Assembly: GCA_000934665.2 (NCBI GenBank)
Contig: KZ538935.1
Span: 1 to 39,649, forward strand
Direction: 5' to 3'
Source of the DNA: Catajapyx aquilonaris
Lineage: Eukaryota
Length of the DNA: 39,649 bases
Positions 34,406 to 39,649 of this stretch are shown here, one piece after another. Numbering within the stretch: the stretch's first letter is position 1; the number at the start of each line of letters is the position of its first letter. The notes under the pieces were generated by a model. That model saw only the letters and a program-made list of their open reading frames with translations, did not search any database and was not told the DNA's origin. Made by a program: the position numbers and the translations under genes.

Positions 34406-35266
34406 ATGGCTTCAGGTGTACCACCCATAGCCAAATACAATGGCACCACTCCTTTTACCGAGTGGAAGGAGCTCTACGGATTGTATGGTTACGCACTGGA
34501 ATGGAACGACGCCAAATTGCTGGCCCGTCTCCCCCTATTTCTCGAGGGAGACGCCTTTCAGGCTTTTCGGCTCCTCACAGAAATTCAGAGGACTGATTTT
34601 GCCACCACGTGCGTATCCTTGGAGTCTTTGTTGATTCCCGTAGCTCCCAAGGTCTTAACGCAAAACGAAGCAGCTTCACTCACTTTGAAACCATCAGAGG
34701 GTTGGGATTCTTACGTACACCGCTTGAGGGAAGCCATGACAAAGTCTTATCCTACACCTACGGCTTCCTCAGAGGTTATCTCCCAACTCATATGTGGAAA
34801 GTTCTTCGAGGCTCTCCCATTGGATACTCAGCAACAAGTTATGACCCAGGATCTCTCCACGTTGGAAGAGATTCTGAGGGTTGCTAAGCTCACTGATGGC
34901 ATACGAAAGTGGAAAGGTAATCACACCCATCCACAAGACACATACAGTCCTCCACCTGGTTTTCACACCCAGGAGAGTGGTTTTTCTCGATACGGAGAAA
35001 AGTTTTCTGCCGTAACCCAACCCACAAATTCACTCCGGTCTCAAACTTTTGTGAGAGGTCGCGGACGTGGCAGAAACCGTAATCGAGGTCGTGGACGCGG
35101 TCAATACAAACAAGAAGAACCGCTCCTCGAACCCAGTACCAGCGATGTCCAATTGGTATGCGAGTATTGCAAAAAGCCACGTCACAAAATGGCTGATTGT
35201 TGGAAGTTGAAAAAAGAAATCGCTGAATGGGAGAAGACAAAACCGGGTCTTCCGGGAAACTTTTAG
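34406..35266 (+). CDS. gag: Gypsy Gag, intact 286-aa ORF
   Basis: ATG at 34406, LPLFLEGDAFQAF capsid-like motif, RG-rich tract, and CCHC knuckle CEYCKKPRHKMADC. Confidence 0.88.
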   Translation: MASGVPPIAKYNGTTPFTEWKELYGLYGYALEWNDAKLLARLPLFLEGDAFQAFRLLTEIQRTDFATTCVSLESLLIPVAPKVLTQNEAASLTLKPSEGWDSYVHRLREAMTKSYPTPTASSEVISQLICGKFFEALPLDTQQQVMTQDLSTLEEILRVAKLTDGIRKWKGNHTHPQDTYSPPPGFHTQESGFSRYGEKFSAVTQPTNSLRSQTFVRGRGRGRNRNRGRGRGQYKQEEPLLEPSTSDVQLVCEYCKKPRHKMADCWKLKKEIAEWEKTKPGLPGNF

Positions 35267-37299
35267 TGGCCGGACAAAAGGGGCACACCCCGACCACAAA
35301 TCCCTCAGATACAGTTGATGTATTGCCCCAAAGCTCTGTCATTACCTCTGCTACGACGCCAGTTCGCATTCGTAACAGGGAATACAGAGCACTTGTCGAT
35401 TCAGGAGCCATGTGCACCATCATCAGCTCCAAGGTCTGGGAAGACATTCCTATAGGCGAAAGACCGCCATTGGTACCTAGTTCTATCGTCCTACGTGTAG
35501 GAGACGGTAGGCGTCTTTTTCCAAAAGGCAGAGTTCAACTGCAAATGGAAATGGGAGGCGAGTTCTACCAGCCCTAATTCCTAGTGGTATCTAATCCAGT
35601 GGAAGACGTTGTCCTAGGAATGGATTTCCTAAAAACAAATAAGTGTCATATAGATCTTGAATCCGGCACCTTGGCCTGTAAGTGTCAATGCCTCGCCACT
35701 GCAGGTTCTTCTCCTACCGTGTCACCTCCATGCAAAGTAAAGCTAACGCTATGCCAAGCGGTGACACTTCCCCCACAGAGCGAAGCTATAGTTTCTTGCT
35801 TCATCTCTGAAGGAAAGACACCCTGTGCCTTTACGACCGGTTTAATCGAGCCACATTGGGAAAATGCCGACAGATTCCATGTATTACTAGCTTGATGCAT
35901 GGTTTCCCCAGGAAATTCTCCCGACCGTAACATGGTCCCAGTTCGAATTGCCAATCTTCTTCCTAAGGGAACATCCATCCCTAAGGATACCACAATGGGA
36001 TATTTAGTCCCTCTTTCCTCCTCCCTTAATCCTACCCCGGATGAATATATTCTACACGAGTGGTCATCCGTCCATACTGCTTCACCCTCTACTGCTTCCC
36101 CTTCATGGATGGCGGAAACTCTAGAGAAGGTCTCTCTACCACCAGCTGATGTAGGTAGGTTACGAGCTCTGTTGGAAAAGAACCAGCACTTATTCAGCTC
36201 TTCTTCTTATGACTTGGGACATACCGAAAGGGTACCACACGTCATTAACACGGGTGAAAGCAGGCCTATCAAACAACCTTCCAGCCTTCCAGGAGGGTTT
36301 CTCCCCTCCAAAAACAGGTCATATCCGAACAGGTCGAAGGAATGGAACGCCATGGGATTATCAGTCCGAGTCATAGCCCATGGAGCAGTCCCATCTGCTT
36401 AGTTTCCAAGCCTGACGGAAGCCCTCGCTTCTGTATAGATTATCGTCGAGTGAACGCTGTCACGCAAACAGACGCGTATCCTCTTCCGAGAGTCGATGAT
36501 TCCCTAGACGCTTTATCTGGAGCTAAATTCTTCTCAACCTTAGATCTGACTGCCGGATACTGGCAAGTTGACATTTCCCCTGAGGACCGTCCCAAAACTG
36601 CCTTTTCCACCCCGGGCGGAGGCCTATATGAATTCAACGTCCTCCTGTTCGGGTTAGTAAACGCCCAGTCCACCTTTCAGAGACTGATGGTACAGGTGTT
36701 GGCCGGCCTCACGTGGGAGAAATGCCTGATATATCTGGATGATGTTTTGGTTTTTTCATCTTCATATACGGAACATCTTCAAAGCCTAGAAGACGTTTTC
36801 CTCAGGTTGCAAATCGCCAACCTTAAAATAAAGCCATCAAAATGCCAGTTTGCATTAACAGAAATCAAATATCTGGGCCACATTGTGAGCCAACAGGGTA
36901 TACATCCAGACCCAGGCAAAGTCATAAGTGTTACTGCTTTTCCAAACCCCAATACGGTAAAAGAGGTCCGGTCTTTTGTCGGCCTCGCTTCTTATTACCG
37001 CCGGTTTGTGCCCAAGTTCTCGGAAGTAGCCAAACCGTTACACGCACTTACAAGTGTTAAAGCTGTGTTTAAATGGGGGGAAGAAGAACAGACCGCCTTC
37101 GATACTTTGAAGCAAAGACTCACCACAGCTCCCATCCTTGCCTACCCCAGATTCACGGAACCCTTCCGAATCTATACCGACGCCCGCCAGTGCGATTGGT
37201 ATTGGGAACATATTGGCTCAGGTACAGGACGGAGTCGAGAGAGTCCTTGTCTATTCAAGCAAACTTCTTTCACCAGCCGAAAGAAACTATTCAGTTACC
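35254..37299 (+). pseudogene. pol: Gypsy pol pseudogene (protease, RT, partial RNase H)
   Basis: ALVDSGA, RFCIDYR, YLDD, IYTDA, ERNYSVT. Stops at 35575 and 35893; frameshifts at about 36285 and 37185. Confidence 0.93.
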
Positions 37300-37693
37300 A
37301 TAACGCCGTAATAATTTGCGAAATATGCGAATTTTGACCAAAATATGCAATGTTGGATATTTTTTTCCAGGTGACTGTACCATTAAATAAGGTAAATTTA
37401 TGCATTACATAACAGCGTGTTATTCCAAAAGCATGAGTTTAAAATTTCATGTTGGTTCTCAGAACAGTTCCCCAATTATACTCATTGAAAGCAATGGAAA
37501 AAGTGCACTTCCCGTGAAGGTTAATTTGGTACCCCTTGAAAGAAATATTAATATCTCGATAACGTTTAATCTCGCAAAACTGATGGCTCCATAAGGGTTC
37601 AATTGGATGTGGGTTCCACATATATATATATATTTTTTTTAAATCGAAGACCATGACAAGGCACCCTCCGTCTGGATAGAAATGGAACCAGCC
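37295..37693 (-). mobile_element. Opposite terminal arm of the second Sola-like family
   Basis: Reverse complement aligns with 31473-31880 and ends gaaatggaaccagcc. Confidence 0.78.
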
Positions 37694-37699
37694 AGTGGG

Positions 37700-37798
37700 C
37701 ACTGTAGGCCGCAGGCCTAGAAAAAAGCCGAGCGAAGCGAGTGGTGTTCTACGCCTGCGCCACAGAAAAATGCGAGCGTATAGCGAGGGTTTTTCTAG
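37700..37798 (+). mobile_element. Possible Helitron 3' terminus
   Basis: cgagcgaagcgag and cgagcgtatagcgag motifs, ending ttttCTAG|T. Confidence 0.4.
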
Positions 37799-37995
37799 TA
37801 CTGTACAGTATTAATTTGGCAGACTCTGTAATATCTTGTAATACTCTTTATTCATTTTTTAAAAGCATCCTGCGGTGGACTGGCAGGCTTGTTCCTGGGC
37901 TTCAGCTTCATAAGCATCTTTGAAATGATCTACTACTTTGCAATCCGACCTATGCTGCACATCATGAACAATGAATAAACTTAATTAGAATAAAT

Positions 37996-38251
37996 GAGTG
38001 GCTGAGAAGCAGAGTGGTTCACGTCAAAAAAGATAGTTTTGAGATAAACGCATGCAAAGTTCTAGGCTTGCCTTTGCAGCCATGGTAAAAGTAAGTCACA
38101 TTAACTTAATAATTCGATAGCAAATATTACAAACGTCTTTTGGCCAAGTTAGAAAACAGAGTTGGGCATGAGGAATGCAAGGGAATGCCAAGCAAGCGAC
38201 AACTCAAAATTGCCGAATTTCGACATGAACCACTCTGCTTCTCAGCCACTC
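37996..38251. mobile_element. Sola-type MITE, 256 bp
   Basis: TIR gagtggctgagaagcagagtggttca, GAG...CTC ends, 4-bp TSD AAAT. Confidence 0.85.
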
Positions 38252-39444
38252 AAATAAAAGTACAACTACTTAGCAACTGGATCATGTGGTCCACATCTCC
38301 TCATTTTTATTTCGTTGATGAAAATTATATTCTGAAAATAAATGTATCGATTCATTCCTTCACTGTAAAACTTGTTGAATTGTTATTTCTATAATAATAA
38401 TCATCATCATCATCAACAACATCACGACATTTCCCTATGAGGGGTAGTCAGCGATGAAGGGAGACGCAAGCTAACCCAACATAGGAACTAAATTAAAATT
38501 TATAAAAATAAAACTATAAACAACCCGTCCCACCCCCCACCCCTACCCATCTCAGACAACAGACACTGAATATTAAATTTAAGATTACATTATACAATAC
38601 GGTACTTCTCCAAATCAAGCCCCCCCCCCCCTGTTTCTGTGGAATACAGGGTCAGTTTTACTCTGTGTTCTATAAGTTAACTCACATATGCATTAATAAA
38701 AATGCCTGGGATGATCGTTTTTACTCAGTCCTGCACATCACCTTCAGTATTGTCAGTGACTTCCACACACAACACTCGATAGCCCTTATAAAGTGTTTTT
38801 CATTGGCACATGCGACTGTTCTATTTGAAGGCACCATCGCAGGGGGCAAGTTTTAATTAGTGACTGAATGCCTATTACTCACACTAGTAGGCCGTGAGTC
38901 ATGGTTTCACATATTGCACAACTGACTGTGGAAAAATATGTTAATAATTTTTCTGACAGCATATGAATATCTGCATTTAGATTATTCGATTAGAACCCAC
39001 ACAATACATAGCAAGATAACTTCATCAACAAGGAATTCACAGGGTACTGTTACTTACACATGTCTAATCAAAGATTCTTGGCAAACAAAAATATAAGAGG
39101 ATTGGATACATGGACGAGAATAAATAGCTGCTGATAAGAGCACTCAACATCATAAGGCTGCATAATAATGTAGCACCATGACTCAAAAATTATTAAATTG
39201 ACTGGGTTTATTAAGGGGTAGCTAAACATCTGCAGAGTGCAGAGTCATAGAGCAATGGGTTGATTTAGAGTACAGTACATGAATTTTTTAAATATCATAA
39301 TGGTCACACTCCTTCCTGTTGACATCCTTATTTTGTATTGTAATTGGCACAAGATGAATTATTATAGGCAGCACTCTCAGTGACATGTGGGATTTGAGGT
39401 CGATGGTCCTGTTCCTTCAAATGAGATTTGAGGAGAGAGCTACT

Positions 39445-39649
39445 TACACACCCTCGTGAATTAGCATGATAATTATGGCGGTCTCTGTTTCCTGCCAGAG
39501 AAAAATCTTCTCCTGCATAATAATTATGGAGCAACATATTGTATGGTCGTTCTCCTGTGTGAGTTCTCTTGTGCCTGTACAGGATCCTTGATCACTAAAT
39601 TTCCTCTTACACACATCACAACAGTAACGGCTTCTCACCAGTATGTTTC
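39445..39649 (-). pseudogene. Frameshifted C2H2 zinc-finger array remnant running off the window end
   Basis: HTGEKP / YCCDVCKRKFSDQGS / LYRHKRTHTGERPY, split across frames. Confidence 0.75.

Larger units (their letters stand above)
33650..37299 (+). mobile_element. Ty3/Gypsy LTR retrotransposon, 3' truncated
   Basis: LTR, PBS, gag, protease, RT and the start of RNase H in Gypsy order. No integrase or 3' LTR. Confidence 0.95.

Noticed and set aside
38400..38900. Possible decayed RTE-like LINE fragment on the minus strand
   Set aside because: Only faint peptide resemblance; not supportable without a search.

Overview
This is eukaryotic, insect/arthropod-like genomic DNA. The main content is a complete minus-strand RhoGAP68F/ARHGAP1-type gene (CRAL-TRIO/BCH plus RhoGAP domains). 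I reconstructed it from 8 phase-consistent GT-AG exons (28755 to 7032; 1404 nt, 467 aa). A probable terminal exon of an unidentified convergent gene lies at 1091-1318, and a candidate divergent first exon lies at about 29402-29494. Introns and flanks are packed with mobile elements: Sola-type elements with 4-bp TSDs (including a young foldback with about 900-bp TIRs), a decayed mariner, Tc1/mariner, pogo, Harbinger and MULE-type MITEs, a hAT remnant, two Helitrons and several tRNA-headed SINEs with shuffled modules. A truncated Gypsy element has one LTR, a tRNA-Leu PBS, an intact gag, a -1 frameshift signal and a dead pol, and it sits in a C2H2 zinc-finger remnant. I see no clear new multi-gene system. 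The best leads are the Sola foldback, the uORF and alternative N-terminus layout of the RhoGAP 5' end, the modular SINEs and the Gypsy/zinc-finger/Sola composite. All alignments and family calls were made by eye, with no database search.
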